A stretch of 64,000 nucleotides of DNA from the human T2T-CHM13v2.0 reference genome, Homo sapiens (GCF_009914755.1 NC_060931.1); one strand, 5' to 3'. Positions 28,429-43,093 are shown, counted from the first letter of the stretch. Translations and numbers: made by a program. Notes: generated from the sequence alone by a model not told the origin.

Positions 28429-29194
28429 AGTCATAATTTATAATAAGTTTTCATGTTGAGGGATTTCCAAAATGAAATGAGAATGAATACTTTATTTGGT
28501 CCTCTTCCTCAGAACACTGACCAACTGACTCATTCCTTTCACAAATGTGGAAGAGAATCAATGTTTTAAACAACCTACTTAATAAACATACTAGGTGGAT
28601 CGGATTTTTCTTATTTATTAGGGATGCCTGAGTAAAGTCTTTGCAGGCAATTATTTCGTATCTGGAAAGTCCCTCTCAGCAACTGGAATTGGTTCCTGTG
28701 GCACTTCAGAAGATGGAAATGGTGTTCAGAGTGAAATACTTTTTAGGATGTTGGATATTTTATGCAAGAGAAGGGCAAACTGAGCTTTAAAAGAGGCAAC
28801 AAAGCATTTTTTCCAATTATGAGGAAGTTTAAAGTGTGAGCTACAGAACACTCTAAACTCAAGAATCCTTTTTATTCTTCTCTCAGTATGCTGTGACAAG
28901 GTCCTGTAGCCAGCTGTGTTTTGCGTGCAGAGAGCACAAAGCCCTAAACCAACATTATTGTTAATCCTCATGGTATCCTTTGGCAGAAGGAGCTGGAAAA
29001 CAAGTTATATAAATATATAACTCTTTGTGACAACATATTTTACAATTATTTTTAGTTTTTAAGCTGCCTCCTAATTTAAACATACAAAAAAACTGATGCA
29101 ATATGGACTAGATTAATTTGAATTAAATTTCAATATGATTTTGATACTTCTAATGAATGATGAGTTTAAAATACAAAAATTAAATACAAATACA

Positions 29195-29805
29195 GTGGTT
29201 CAAGATGACAAACTGAGTCCATATGCCTACCTCCTCTCATAACCTCCTCTTGATATAAGAAATAAAAATAAGAAATATATATATTAAACTATAACAGCAC
29301 TGGGAAATGACAGTGGTATCATTATTGGATCAGACATTTTGAGGATTTTCTAGAAGACATAATAAGAACAGTAGAGAAAAGTTAAAGGAAACTGCTGTCC
29401 TAAACACCAGGAGCAAGTGGGTGCTTCCCCAGGTCCCTCAGCTACACTCCAAACTTCAACAATATTGAAGAGCAGCAGTGGCCTTGGAGCAAAAATTTAT
29501 TAAAGAACTGCATTGAAATGAGCTGAGATGATTGGCAGTTTTGCTTGCCTGTAAATGATGCCAAAAATGTGCTGTGCATAGTATAGCATTGCTATGATAG
29601 CTTATAGCTTATCTATAAAAACAAAGACAACATTCTATAAGTGTTTTTTATGAAAAAAAAGTTGCAGTTAAAATAACAGAATTCAGAATGGCCTCAAATG
29701 TCTTATCAGCACCACGTGTTCTTAGAAAGCAAAGAACCACTGTCCTCAAAAGAACTGAGGGAAATTATTTTGAACCTAGCTTTCTATACCCAGCCAAACT
29801 ATCAT
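29195..29805 (+). mobile_element. Ancient L1ME/HAL1-like 5' and ORF1 fragments
   Basis: ggttcaagatgac...; tcagaatggcctcaaatgtcttatcagc...ctatacccagccaaactatca. Confidence 0.55.
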
Positions 29806-32304
29806 CTATGCATTCAACAGTTTTTTTTTTTTTTTTTTTTTGAGCATGTACTATGAGTTAGGCATTCTGTTATTCTGAAGAGATACAACGGTAAGCAAAA
29901 GCAGAGTTACTTCTTGCCCTCTCAAAGCTGATAATCTACTTGGGGATGTGGAGAAAAATAATCACTCAAACAAATGGAAAATTACAGACAGGGATAAATT
30001 GCACCATCCAGTACTGTCCACACAAACATGAAATAAAACATTATCTTATTAATAACTGAGAAGTCCTATAGTAAAAAAAAGTCTAGAGAACTTTGTTTAA
30101 CCTAATGTTTCCTAAACTTATTTAAATATGGAATTATGCCCCCACCCCTTCACCTTTTCCTCCCTTTCTTCTTCTTCCCATTCTTATTCTTACATTAATA
30201 TTCTGTGGAGCTTGTGTTCCTCACAACTCATTCTGGGAAGTGCTGGAATCCAAAGGAAAAAGCCATCCTCCTTGGCACTGCCTGCAGGGTTTTTCTCAGT
30301 CTGACCCCAGCTTACATTCCCCCTCCTTGCTCTTCACAAACCTCTCCCTTAGACACTCTCTGTTGTTTGCCAGGCCTTGAAGGTTCCAACCACTTTGGCA
30401 ATTTCTTGTCATCAGTGCTGTTTTCTCTATCTGAATAAATTTCAACACTCATTCACCGAGCACTTTTTCAGCTTTTATCCCTGGAAATGTTGGGGGAGGG
30501 TAGGGAATGGGGTGGTGGGAATGGGGGTGAGGGGAGAAGTAGAAATGAAAACATGGCCCTTTCTTCAAGGATCTTGTTGTCTCTTGCTTCTGGTATTTTT
30601 CTTCCTAGCCCCCAAACCCTAATTCAAATGTAATGTCCTCAGTGAAGCCTTCTTCAATTGCTTCCTTCCTCCTTAAGCCCCATTCCTAGTTGTCCTTCCC
30701 CTGGTACAGCCCACTCTGCTGCCATAGCATTTAGTATGTCATAATTGTTTATCACTTGTATGTGTCACTCTTTCTGGATGCTCAGTGAGTGTCTCTTAAA
30801 TTCATATAATGAATGAGAATAAAGATTTTCCCATAAATATTCTCTCTCTCATTTCTCTACCCACCCTCCCCACCCCTCTGGCTCCCTGGAGCCCAGGCTC
30901 TATGTACATGTCAAGGGGGGAAACTGCTTCTCCCTCATTCTGCACAAAATCAAAATTTTCTCAATACATCATCTATCTTTTTCTCTGGGCTATGTGCATG
31001 TCTGCTAGCATAAATTACTTGCTGCATTTAGAGACTAAACTTCATAAATATAACTCCCTATCTTTATTGAAACAGAGTCACAGAGTTCAGGAAAGCTCTG
31101 ATATTTTCTGACTTTTATTTTTCTCTCAAGCAACAGTTGATTGGTTTTTCAGGTTCATTCTGACTCTAGGTTTACAGCACACTCATTTATTGTCCATGTA
31201 CTAGGGATCCCTCTCTTGCGCTTACAGAAAGTTTGAAATCTAATGTACATTATTTTTAAGGAGGAAGATAATGAAGATTTAACATGAAAGTTGCAGGCAA
31301 ATTGTAAACATTATAAATGACAACTGCTTTTCCTGTAACAATCTGCAAACACACCAGCTGTGAAGGAAACTGACATTCTGTACTTAGGCAGAAACATCAT
31401 GTAATAGGGAACACAGTTCTTTGTTTGGATCTGTTTCCTGTGAGTGCATTTCACATTAGGTCTGTGCATGCCAACCCCTGGGGACAAGGTGCTTGCCCCA
31501 AAGTGAACAGCAGAAAAAAGGGCTGCTCTTCTAGCGGCCTAGACCTGATCCTCCAGAGAACTTTGTAAAATCACTACAAGAGGAGACAAAAAAGGAGCAG
31601 AAGAAAAGCCAGGTCATTCCTTTGATGATCTAATGGGTTGAAATGGTTCCTTATCACTCAGGGTCAGCCACCAGCCTTGATTTAAAAGGTGAGAAAACAC
31701 CTAACATGGTTTGGACAAGACGTTGAAGGGGCCTGGGCTTTTACGAGGCAGAGACCTTCAAGTACCTAAAAAGATCTAAGGATAAGTGACTTCACCAGGT
31801 GGCCTCGCCCCAGCTCAGCACTGTATTTCAAGCTACTGAGAGGAGTTCCAAACGCAATGTGGGTTAAGTGCGCTCTCGTGCTTGCCTCGGCAGGAAATGG
31901 CGGTGGTTAAACTTGGCCCGCTCAAACCCGTGCAGTGCAGGGTTGTTGATTTTTGCTCCCCACAGTAAGTCTTCGGGGGCCAAACCATAAAGCTGACTTG
32001 TCATCTCTCTCTGAAAAGTTTGATTTAAGCACTTACCTACAGACGATGAGCTACTCAACCCCCAATTCCAGCTCCCCCCAACACACAGCCCTAAAGAGAT
32101 GACCTGTGAATATGCTGGGAGGCGCTGAGGAAGTTCCGTCTCTGTTTCTCTCCCCAGGAAGGATAAGAAAGGGCAAAAAAGCTTTTGGTAAATGAGTTAG
32201 CTACTGTCTGCCCATTTTGCTTCACTGTCAGCTTTACTATTTAGTACTCATTGATTGATGCAGAGGATGGTATACATAAGGGTGTCGGTATAGATGAAAG
32301 ATCA

Positions 32305-32625
<321 letters not shown>

Positions 32626-32629
32626 TTAG

Positions 32630-32968
<339 letters not shown>

Positions 32969-33391
32969 TGAAGGATCCTTTAAGTCAAGAGGGGACCACA
33001 AGTCTCTGGTCTAAGATTCCGTTTTCATATTTGCCAGTTGGAACCATCTCTGGTTTCTACATGGAAGTATCAGAAACTGAAAGCCTGCTTTTACATGGTG
33101 ATCTCTTTTCTTTACACATATAATCCTAGTATTTATTTTTCTTCTGGAAATTTAATGTTTGTGATCTGTAATAGATAGAGAGATTCTAATCATCTCTGTT
33201 TACATTTGTGTGTTTGTGTTAATTTATTCTTTCCCCTTCTCTCATTTGCTCATAATAAACATGTTCTTCTACACCTTGACTTCTTTCATGTGCTTTAGTA
33301 CTGCAGGTACTGCTGTTTCATTGAATGGGGGCCTTAGTAATTACTATCCCTTCCCAAAGTGCAGGCTAAATTCTTCTGTGGGAGAGTGTTA

Positions 33392-33545
33392 TAAGTGCTT
33401 CTCAAACTTAGCATGCAGAAGAATAACTGGAAAACCATACAGATTCCAGGACCCCACCTTCCCAAAGATCTCAAGTGAGGTCTAAGAATTTGCATTTCTA
33501 GCAAGTCCTTAGGTGATGCTGATGCTGCTGGTCCCAGGACTTCAA
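33392..33545. mobile_element. MER5A
   Basis: ttctcaaactt...gaatttgcatttctagcaagtcc...ggtgatgctgatgctgctggtcc. Confidence 0.85.
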
Positions 33546-35199
33546 TTAGGACCTGTACTTTCCTAGAAACCCATGATCCAGGACTTTTCTGCTCACTTGG
33601 CTTCTAACATCTCTCTTTCTGAGAGCTTTCAACTTCATCATGAAAAACAAGTTGAACAGTGATCTTGTCCATAGAGATAGAATTAACATTCTTGTCTTCT
33701 AGCTATGTGTCACATCAAATCCTTGGTTTGATTAGCTTGAAGAGCCAATTCAGCCCTTCAAGTAAAACTTGGTATTTTAGATTCTAAATCTTTTCCAGTT
33801 TCAATGCCTTGTAGGACTTTAAGAATAATGCTTGTCTAAGAAAAGATGAAAAATACATTTTTTTCCTTCTTTCTCTCCTTTCCTTCCTCTCTTCTTTCCT
33901 TCCTTTCTCTCTCCAAGTATGAAGGTTTGACTAAAATGAAATTTCCCATTTTATTCTTCTGACTTCTCTTGTGCCTACCGTTTTTCCATCATAGTTCCTG
34001 TGTTCCTAGGGAAAGGGTGACCATTGAATTGGAAGACATGATACCTGTGTACTTAACATTTTCTCAAATGTGATAATTTGTGATTTTCCTGAAGTATGCC
34101 ACAGGAGACTATTTCAGCATGCCGTCTGTTTTTTTCCAAAGATTCACCAAGATTCATAAAAGATTAGGAACAGAACTCTTCTAGTCTGCATTAATGCATT
34201 TTGGTAACAAAATGGACAGCCCTTTCATGTGGAGAAGGGGAAATTAATACCCCAGAAGAGCAAAAAGGGAAGAAAAAGAGAGTTTTAGACGTAGTGTATT
34301 CTCCCAGAAGTCACAGAACAGGTACAAATAATGAGGGTTGTAAAAGGAAGACAGACCTGGCTAAGTGTTGTGTCAGGGAAGTCTGTGATCTCAGGCTATT
34401 AAATATTATCCGGCTCTTTCTGGTCATCATAATTCAAAACCACAGGACAGTGTGGCAGTTGTGAGCCAAGTGGTTATCATGCCTTTGCCCAAAAGGCTAA
34501 GAAAAAGACAAAAGCTGGGAAAGATCAGAGAACATATTGGGTTGCGATAAGGAGGTTATCTCATTTCTCTATGGAAGCATCACAAAATACCTAGCTTGAC
34601 CTCTGCTGCTGGGTAATGAATTTCCATGAAGGACCATCAGGGAGGGCCAAGGAGGTGTATGGGGAGGATGGGGTAGGGGAGAGCGGAAACCAGTGATCAA
34701 TGTTGCCTGCGTCTCCTACAGCCCAGCTAAAAGGGCCAGGCAGAGTTGCATTAAACCTGATTAGAAAACTCTGCTTAATACATTAAAGAAACAACTTGCA
34801 GAAACATCTACCTCCCTTCCTTCCTCCCCCAAACAGTAATGAGTCCAAATTGCTAATAAAACATAAAAACTCAAAGATGTTGTACATGGGCCATTTTTCT
34901 GAGCTGGTTATTTTTTATGTCAGTTTTCCCACAGCTGTGAGCATGCTATAACTATCAACTTACCAAATGCCCTAGTTTAAATGAAACTTACAAGAATGTA
35001 TTTAGGAACTTTATAAGAAAGTAGGGGGAAAAACAGACAAGCAAGATTATCCATTTTTTTCTTTTGGTAAGAAAGAGGAATTTGGCAGGATATAGGGGGA
35101 ACATGGCTTGAACTGATAATTCTCAGAAAATAGTGGTTGAGAGAATAGAAGATTTATCCATCTTCTTGCAAAGCCATTATTCAAAGATCACATTTAGCC

Positions 35200-35272
35200 T
35201 TCAGCTGCTTGGGAGGCTGTGGTGGGAGGATTGCTTGAGCCCAGAAGTTTGAGACCAGTCTGGGCACCATAC
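35200..35272 (+). mobile_element. Alu monomer fragment
   Basis: gggaggattgcttgagcccagaagtttgagaccagtctgggc. Confidence 0.75.
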
Positions 35273-35748
35273 TGTAGGCATGATCTAAATTCTGAGGTTA
35301 ACTTACGCAAGTAGAATTAAGAGGCAAGTCTAAAGCACAAGGAAGAACAAAGAGTGCTGCCGACACCCTTAAAAATATCCCATGTAAAAGTCATTCCACC
35401 CATGATGGATTAAATGGCCTAAACTTTCTAAAGAAAAAACAGTAAGAAAAATCTATTTTTTGCTGTCTTTTTTCATTTCATCTCTCAAAAAATAGTAAAC
35501 ATTTTTATTTGGAAATCTGTGAATGTTGAGTTATAAGGAGCGATTGCCAAAAGTTTGGATAATAAATGAGAAATACATGTTGTGAAGATGAAACTTGCAT
35601 GTCATACCCAAAATCAGAAATTGAGCTCTGTCCCTCTGTGTGCTCAGCAACACCATTCAAGCTACAAAACACCTTAGGGATATTTAATGTTCTGTGCCCA
35701 CCCCTTATAAATGTATATGACTCAATATCCCCAATGAGTAATGTGGCC

Positions 35749-35968
35749 AGCAGCCATACCACCTTCAGCTAAGCTCTCATAAGCTGAACAGGGTTGGGCT
35801 AGATCCCTGTTCTTATGAGAGACCTCCAAAGAAACCCTGGAGGTGTCAGTGATGATTCAGTGGGTAGTTCCCTGACTTGAGTCAGTCCCAAATCACTTTC
35901 CTTTCCTGATGTTAACGGATCCTTTACATATGCAGGTGCGGCTTTTTTGAGAATCAGTCCAAACCCTG
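35749..35968 (+). mobile_element. Probable AmnSINE1 (5S rRNA-derived ancient SINE) relic
   Basis: gccataccacc...aagctgaacagggttgggc...gagacc resembles 5S rRNA, followed by tccaaagaaaccc...gatgattcagtggg...tgagtcagt as in the recalled AmnSINE1 body. Confidence 0.75.
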
Positions 35969-36119
35969 TTTACTTTTAAAATATATATATTTTTTATTTA
36001 AAATAAACGCCATGGACCAGATAGCCCAAAGAAAGGGAAGAGGAAAAGAAAGGGTACAACAGAACAGGAGAAAATGGATACATTGCAAGCTAAATCCCAC
36101 TTCAACAAACTTTGTCAAA

Positions 36120-36389
36120 CTTGGGCATGGTGGTTCACGCCTGTTATTGCAACTACTCAGGAGGCCCAGGCAGGGGGATCAGGATCACCTGAGCCTAGGA
36201 GTTCAAGACCAACCTGGGAAAATAAAAAATAAAAAAATTAGCCAGGAGTGTGTCCCAGCTACTTGGAGGCTGAGGCGGGAGGATCAATTGAGCTCACTTG
36301 AGTTCAAAGCTGCCGTGAGCTATCATTATGCCACTGTACTCCAGCCTGGACAAAAGAGAGAGACCCTTTCTTAGGAAAAAAAAAAAAAA
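36120..36389 (+). mobile_element. AluJ (internally deleted)
   Basis: Both arms recognisable; poly-A tail. Confidence 0.88.
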
Positions 36390-38859
36390 CCTCAAAATGA
36401 TTTCCCTAGTTATTTGATTATAGTGGAGCTTGCTTGTCACAAACTTTGCTTGGATCAAATAGGTCACCAGCGACAAGACTTGGGGATCTGCTTTTTTGTG
36501 AAGAGTGAAACGAGGACTGATGCTCTTGGAATCATGTAGAAAATTCTGTCTGACCCTGAACAAGCCACTGTAAACAAATCCGAAAGATATACACCTTCAA
36601 ACAGTTCTCAGATGCATGCTGTCCCTGGGTGGGGCTGTTGAATCCCACTGTGGGAGCTGGAATGTCAATCAGAATTATCAAGGATACTATTTATTGGCAT
36701 GAGTGTGTTCTTGTAAGCACTTACCCTTCCTATCTAGTTGCTCGAAACTGCCAGCAAGTTTTGTTTGGGGCAATTAAAATGCTATGTGACCCCTTAGAAA
36801 TTTCTGTCTTGAGGGTGTTCAAATTTTTAAAGATACAGAATATTTTGAGGTTTTGGAATAAAAAGCACTTGTTAATATATAAAAGAAACTGTGGGCATAT
36901 TTCCTTTCTTCCATGAAATACGCTTAGCCTGCTTATATCCTTTTTAAACCAAGGATATGAATAAATCTGCCCAAATATTTTCTTTGGGATGGGAATCATT
37001 CTCTAAGTAGATGATGTTTTAAAAAAATAAAAGAGAGAAAAGAAAAAAAAGATGAAACCGTTAAAAAAGAAAACTTCTTGGTGTTATATAAGAACTCATT
37101 CTGTTTATTTGTAAACTCACAAAATGTTTCTAAGTTTGCAAATAAAAATTTTTCTATACAACCATTTTTGAAGCCGAATCCAGCCTGTCTCCTTAAAATG
37201 ACAAAGCCGAGGAAACGAAAACAAATACCTGTTTAATGGACTCGAAATTAGTCCACATTTATACTTTTCTTTGAGAAATATGTTAGACTGAAAAATATGG
37301 CAAGTGGTTAATATTTGGTTCTTATTAACAAAGTTTTCAAACTTTTGCTTTGCCTTTAAAAAGGAGAATATTTACATTATGTGAGACAATTTAAAGGTTT
37401 AAAAAATGCACGTCTGCCTTTCAGTCACATGAAGTTAATCATACTTCTTCTTGCATAATTTCCCCAGCCTTGAGTACTACAGAGTTGTATACAAAAATCA
37501 CACATTTTCATAAACCAATCTATAGTTAGGTTGTACCACGTTTAAGTCTCTTATAAACTCTACTTGTTTCAGGACTCATTGTTATGAGGACACGGAAAGA
37601 AACTTCATGAAGTTTCCCTTCCCAGGTCTAATGCATGACCTCACTTTATGCTGTTCAGTTTTTATTAAATTCTTTGCTAGCTTAATGCTAAAAGATATAT
37701 AAGAAAACTAATAAAAAGAGTATAGCATCTTTTAATTGAAGGAAAAAATGAGTGCTTTGCATTCCAAAATGAAGGGTCATATATTCTTTTCCATTGTCTG
37801 GGTTTTGTAAACATCTCTGGACATGTCAAAGTTTATTTCTCATTATTTTAGTAATTACTTTTATTATATGTTTGTAACTATACAGAATCCTATTGTAATT
37901 ATGCAACTGTGAGTGTGGTTTTATACGATGACAAAAGAATTGCTATGGCCAATGAAATATATGTTTTCCTGTAAAGTTTATGTTACAACAAAAAATACTG
38001 ATTTAATCTTTAATATAGTAAGGAAGGGAGAAGGAAGTATGTACAAAAACCAAAACAAAATGAGTTCACAAAGGGTTAGGTTTTCTTCTAAACAGATTTG
38101 GATGAAAATAGGTTTTATTACATTGAAAGCAACGGGGAGTATTTTAGGTAGGAACTATCTGGTTCTTTGATATTATTTCTATAATTTCAGTCTGTATTAG
38201 AATCAGATCATATTGTTAGGCCTCAAGCGTGCCATGGCATTCAGTTTTACCGGTGAGTGAGAGTGTGAAGTTTCATGTCAAATTCATCACAATGCTCTGT
38301 CCACGGCCCGCTGCTACCCTCCTCTTTCAGAGGCTGGGGCCCTCTTGCTGACCCTCAGTTCTAGACCTTGTCCTTTCACTCTGCCCTGCTCTGAGGCCCC
38401 GTGTAGTGGTATCCTTCCCAGTATGCAACACGAGAAAGGCACCAATACTGTGCATCAGAAATTCTTAGTCAAGAAAGAACACATCTGGCTTGAGGTACCA
38501 GGAACCCTTTCTTGCAATGAAAACATTTGATATGGGTCTCATAGAAACTGCAGAACTATGAGCTGTGAAGGATGTTTCAAGTTGAAGGATCAGCATTAGC
38601 AAAGTTGTAGATGTAGGGAAGATCAAGATGTATTGAGAAAAAGCAAACATGTCCAGTTTGGTTCTAGCCAAAACTTACAGGGTACGTGTTGGTAAATAGT
38701 GGCAGATGATGCTAAAATATAGGATGTGACCAAATAACTAGGCAACGTTTACTTTGATTTGTTAGCAATTGAGAGCTTGTGTTTTGAGCAAGGGAATAAA
38801 ATGATTAAAACCCCTTTATGTTTGTGTCCTGGATTGGTTCCTGGAAATGAAATTAGTGA

Positions 38860-39055
38860 AATAAACTAATCCAAATAAAGCCTGAAGCTAAGTTAATAGT
38901 ACTGTACCAGCGTCAATTTCTCAGTTCTGGTAAATGTACCGGGGTTGTGTAAGATGTTACCATGAGGGGAAGCTGGTGGAGGGCATACAGGAAGGCTCTG
39001 CTCTAGGCTTACAACACTTCTGAAAATCGGAAGTTATTTCAAAATAAAAAGAAAC
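38860..39055 (+). mobile_element. L1MC-like 3' end fragment
   Basis: agttaatagtactgtacc...taagatgttaccatgaggggaagctgg...ttatttcaaaataaaa. Confidence 0.75.
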
Positions 39056-39509
39056 AGCAACAACAAAACACCACTGTGGGACTCTATCTTCAACACAGGA
39101 CCATCACATCAAGGGCAACAGGGGACGGCTTGGCTGATTTTTATAACAGTGGCTACAAGCCAAGCTCATAGAAGTAAAGCATTTACTGTTTTACCGTAAG
39201 CTCTGGAAGTCTGTTTCCTGTGTCAAGAATCTTTGTTGCTGTAATTTCACCTGCTCCTAGGATCTGCGTCGTCCTGTGCCCTGCCATAAGGATGTAACTC
39301 TCAGCTCAAAGCCAAGGGCTGCTCAAGGGACAGACACACCAGGCACAACAAGGGGAGCCCCCGCTACCTTGGGCTTCTCTTCTTGCTTTCTGTACCAATT
39401 CTCCTGCTGTCACTATCCCCTTTGACCGTGTTCTCATGTTCTCTGCCACATGCGAGAGAAAGTAAAACGTTTTTGAGACCAGTTGGTACATGGTCTGAAA
39501 AGTGCTTGC

Positions 39510-39848
39510 AATAATTCTCCCTGTCTACAGGGGACACTTTTCAAGACCCCCAGTGGATGCCTGAACCTGTGATCATACCGAACCCTCTATATACTGCTTT
39601 TTCCTATCCGTGCATACCTATGATAAAGTTTAATTTGTAAATTAGGCACAATAAGAGACTAACAACAATACCTAATAATAAAGTAGAACCATTATAGCAA
39701 TATACTGTGATAAAAGCTATGTGAAGGTGGTTTCTCTTTCTCTCTCAAAATATCTCATTGTACCGTACTCACCTGTTTTCTGACTGCAGTTGACTGCAGG
39801 TAACTGAAACGGCAGAAAACCAAGCTGTGAATAAGGCAGGGCTACTAT
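39510..39848 (-). mobile_element. MER44A-like (TcMar-Tigger)
   Basis: caagacccccagtggatgcctgaa...ggtaactgaaac...ataaggcagggctacta. Confidence 0.88.
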
Positions 39849-40304
39849 ATTTGAGCTCATTGCCTTTTAGTCGGTGATTTTAAATGTATCTCTCCGTTAA
39901 GACCATTTACCTGAATTTGGGCTACTGTGTTTCCATCATTAGGAATGTTTTCTGTAGTCATTAATGCAGACTAAGAGAAGCTGACACTTTACCCCAAAAT
40001 AATATAAACATATTTCATCTATGACTACTTTGATACAGAGTACGGCATAAGGGGATATGTAGCTTATATGAGGAAATTGTCTTAAGTTTGTCTTTAATTC
40101 TACATATCTCCCATGTGCCATCTAAAAAGCCTGGAACTATAAATCAATACAAGTCAAAACAAAGAAGTTCACTAATATGAAAATATATAGGCATGTGCAT
40201 GTTGGTACAGTGTGTATTCTTTCCACAACTCTGTAGTAGCCTGCTTTGTTGAGGAAGTTACCATTACATTTCTTTAAAACAATTTGTAAAGAAATCCATT
40301 TCCC

Positions 40305-40385
40305 TTTCTTTTTAAATAGAGACAGGGTCTCACTATGTTGCCTAGGCTGGTCTCGAACTCCTGGCCTCAGGCAATTGCACTTGGC
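40305..40385 (-). mobile_element. Alu monomer fragment
   Basis: agagacagggtctcactatgttgcctaggctggtctcgaactcctgg. Confidence 0.8.
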
Positions 40386-40428
40386 CACACACTTTTTGAT
40401 AATGGACTGTTGCAGAAAATATAACTGT

Positions 40429-40713
40429 GGCGGAGAGTGGTGACTTCATGCCTGTGCTTTGGGAGGCTGAGGCGGGAGGATCGCTTGAGGCAAGGAGTTC
40501 GAGACTAGCCTGGGAAACATAGCAAGACCCTGTCCCTGCAAAAATTTTTAAAAATGAGCAGGACAGGCCTGTAGTCCCACCTACGTGGGAGGCTGAGGTG
40601 GGGAGGACTGCTTCAGCCTGGGAGGTCAAGGCCGCAGTGAGCCGTGATCTCACCACTGCACTCCAGCCTGGGTGACAGCGTGAGACCCTGTCTCAAAAAG
40701 AAAAAAAAAAAAA
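40429..40713 (+). mobile_element. AluJ
   Basis: Dimeric Alu with poly-A. Confidence 0.9.
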
Positions 40714-41124
40714 AGTGTGTACTAAATTGGTTGAGTTTTTTTAGTGACATTTATTGTCAAGTGAGTTCAGACATTTCCTATTTAAAAATACGTTTCCTGC
40801 TTTCTATGATCTCTTCCCAGAAAACTGAGGTTCTCTTATCGCTTGCTTTAGCATAAGCATAATTTTGGGTAACTTGGGTGACTCTTAGATGTTGCTAGTT
40901 CAACTAGAACACAGCAATCCTAATTTTTCAGACTGGGGAGAAGCAAGAGACTTTGGCCTTTTTCCCTGTCTCAGGTACCTCATCTAAAATTCTGGTGGGA
41001 CTTGGGTTGCTTAGTCGCCAGTCAACATGTGAAGGTTACAACCAGACGGAGAAACCAAGAAAGACGAATTGAGCCTTTCAGTTCTTATTTGTTTTGTTTA
41101 GTGGCCTCAAAGAAAAAGCAACAA

Positions 41125-41360
41125 GGTGTGGTGGATTAGAGTATGAACACATCAGTCAACTGCCTGAGTGTGTGACTGGACTCTGCCACGTGCCAGCTGT
41201 GTGACCTTGGGCAAGTTACTTCACCTGTCTGAATTTTTGTTTCCTCAACTGTAAAAGAAAGATAAAAATAGCCAGATTTACTTTTAGAATGTGAAGAGAC
41301 CTTACAGATTAGCTCTTAGTACATTGCTTGGCATTTAGCAAGGACTTTCTGGTTAGCTCT
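41125..41360 (+). mobile_element. MIR
   Basis: ctctgccacgtgccagctgtgtgaccttgggcaagttacttcacct. Confidence 0.85.
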
Positions 41361-41613
41361 TATTTTTATTATAATAATTATTATTACACTTTCTTAATCT
41401 TTTTTACCTTCAAAGTTTCAACCATGCACTTAATGCCTGTGAGCTTTACACCTTAAAAAGATTAAAATGGTAAATTTTGTTGTTACGTATATTTTACTAC
41501 AATGAATTAAAAAACAAGTTGCAATCATCCCAAACAATTAAATACAAAAATCACTTTCTAAAATAAAACAACACACATTCAGGACACCAGACAAGGAGAT
41601 CAGTTGTATTATG

Positions 41614-41617
<4 letters not shown>

Positions 41618-41654
<37 letters not shown>
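41618..41654. repeat. (CA)n microsatellite
   Basis: Directly visible. Confidence 0.95.
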
Positions 41655-41658
<4 letters not shown>

Positions 41659-43093
41659 CTGGACTAGGTTTTAAAAGACCTGGGATCTAGTTAATAAATC
41701 TGTGTTCTTGACCAAGTCATTACACCTTTCTAATCTCAGCTTTCTCCTTGGGAAAAGTTTTAAGAAGATTAAAGGAGATAACAGATTGCTTTGTAACACA
41801 TATAAATTGGTATTATTGTGGCTAGAGTCCCTATTGCTTTTTATCTGCTTCTAAGAACAGATCCAGGATGTTGTACAGAACTGCAGAAAAAAAAAATGCT
41901 CTTTTCATAATGCATTTATTTGGTTACAAAAACATCATGGCATTTAATAACGTACTATAAAATAGGCTCTGATAAACTCTGATTGACAGAGACTGGCTGT
42001 CTTGACCTGGTTAACGGGAAATGCCCTGGGCCTCAGACCCAAGGCTGACATATTGTTCAGTTTCACAGCTTCCACTCCCCAGCCCAAAGCCAACAACGAA
42101 TTCAGGGAAATTACTGGATGAGACCTCCCCTACAATCCAGAGATACCAGCCCTCCCAGTGCTGTCATAGAAACAGCTCTGAATTACTCAGAAGGGGGTCT
42201 GGAGTGGTTGAGCAAGCAAGCAGCTTAACTTCTCCCTAGTTCAGTTTTTTCACCTGCAGAATGAGGAAATTTGGACTTTAAAATTTTCATGCTCCAACAC
42301 TGTGTGAGATTGTATTAACAAAGTACTTTGAAAATTTTAGGGTATTTTCCTGTTCTTTTTCCATAAATTTGAAGTAACCATTATGGCATTTGGCCTCTTA
42401 GATTACCTTGAGTCCCCTGGACCCCAGAAACCACCCGCCCCATACCTTACCTCTACTGCCCTTTTCTAAGTCAGTGTAGGCCATCTTCTGGGGAGGGAAG
42501 GATTGATTTAGACCCAGTGCCACTACTGTTGAGCAAAATTTGGATTTACCCAGAGTAATACAAGGATTTTCAGAAACATCCACAATTTAGCGTTTAAATC
42601 TTAAAATGTATTAATTGGTGTTTGCAATCTGGGATATTGAATTTCTCAAATCTTCCATTTGTTTGTATACTCAGGGCCTTTTGGGTCTAACACAATGGCT
42701 ATCATCACACATTCTAAAAGGACCTCCCCATTTTAAAACCTGTCCCAGGATACCTGTTTTCACAGATGGAGAAAAATCCAGAAAGCATCTGCTCCTATTG
42801 TCCCCTGGAAAGCAGCTCTTAGAACCCGCTGGGCAGCCCACATTCCCAAACTGCCCTGGGACCCTCTCAAAGTGAGAAATGGCATAGAAGTCTTAAAATC
42901 ACATACATTAATAAGGTGTATTGCTTTAAAACATGCTTTATGATTTTCTTTTTAATCTTGCTCTCTAAACTTAGAAACTAAAGAAGGTCTACATCTCATG
43001 CCCATGGGCAATTTTAGTTTTATCCTTTTTGCCAAGTTTCAAAAGTGGTAATGAATAAAGCAGAGCCCGTGTTGACATGAAGTTTCTCTCTCT

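Noticed and set aside
35749-35845. Functional 5S rRNA gene
   Set aside because: Too diverged, with an internal deletion; continues into a SINE-like body
36495-36535. gaaac...ctgatg motif resembling a hammerhead core or SINE Deu fragment
   Set aside because: Core lacks CUGAUGA and the required three stems; similarity too weak to call
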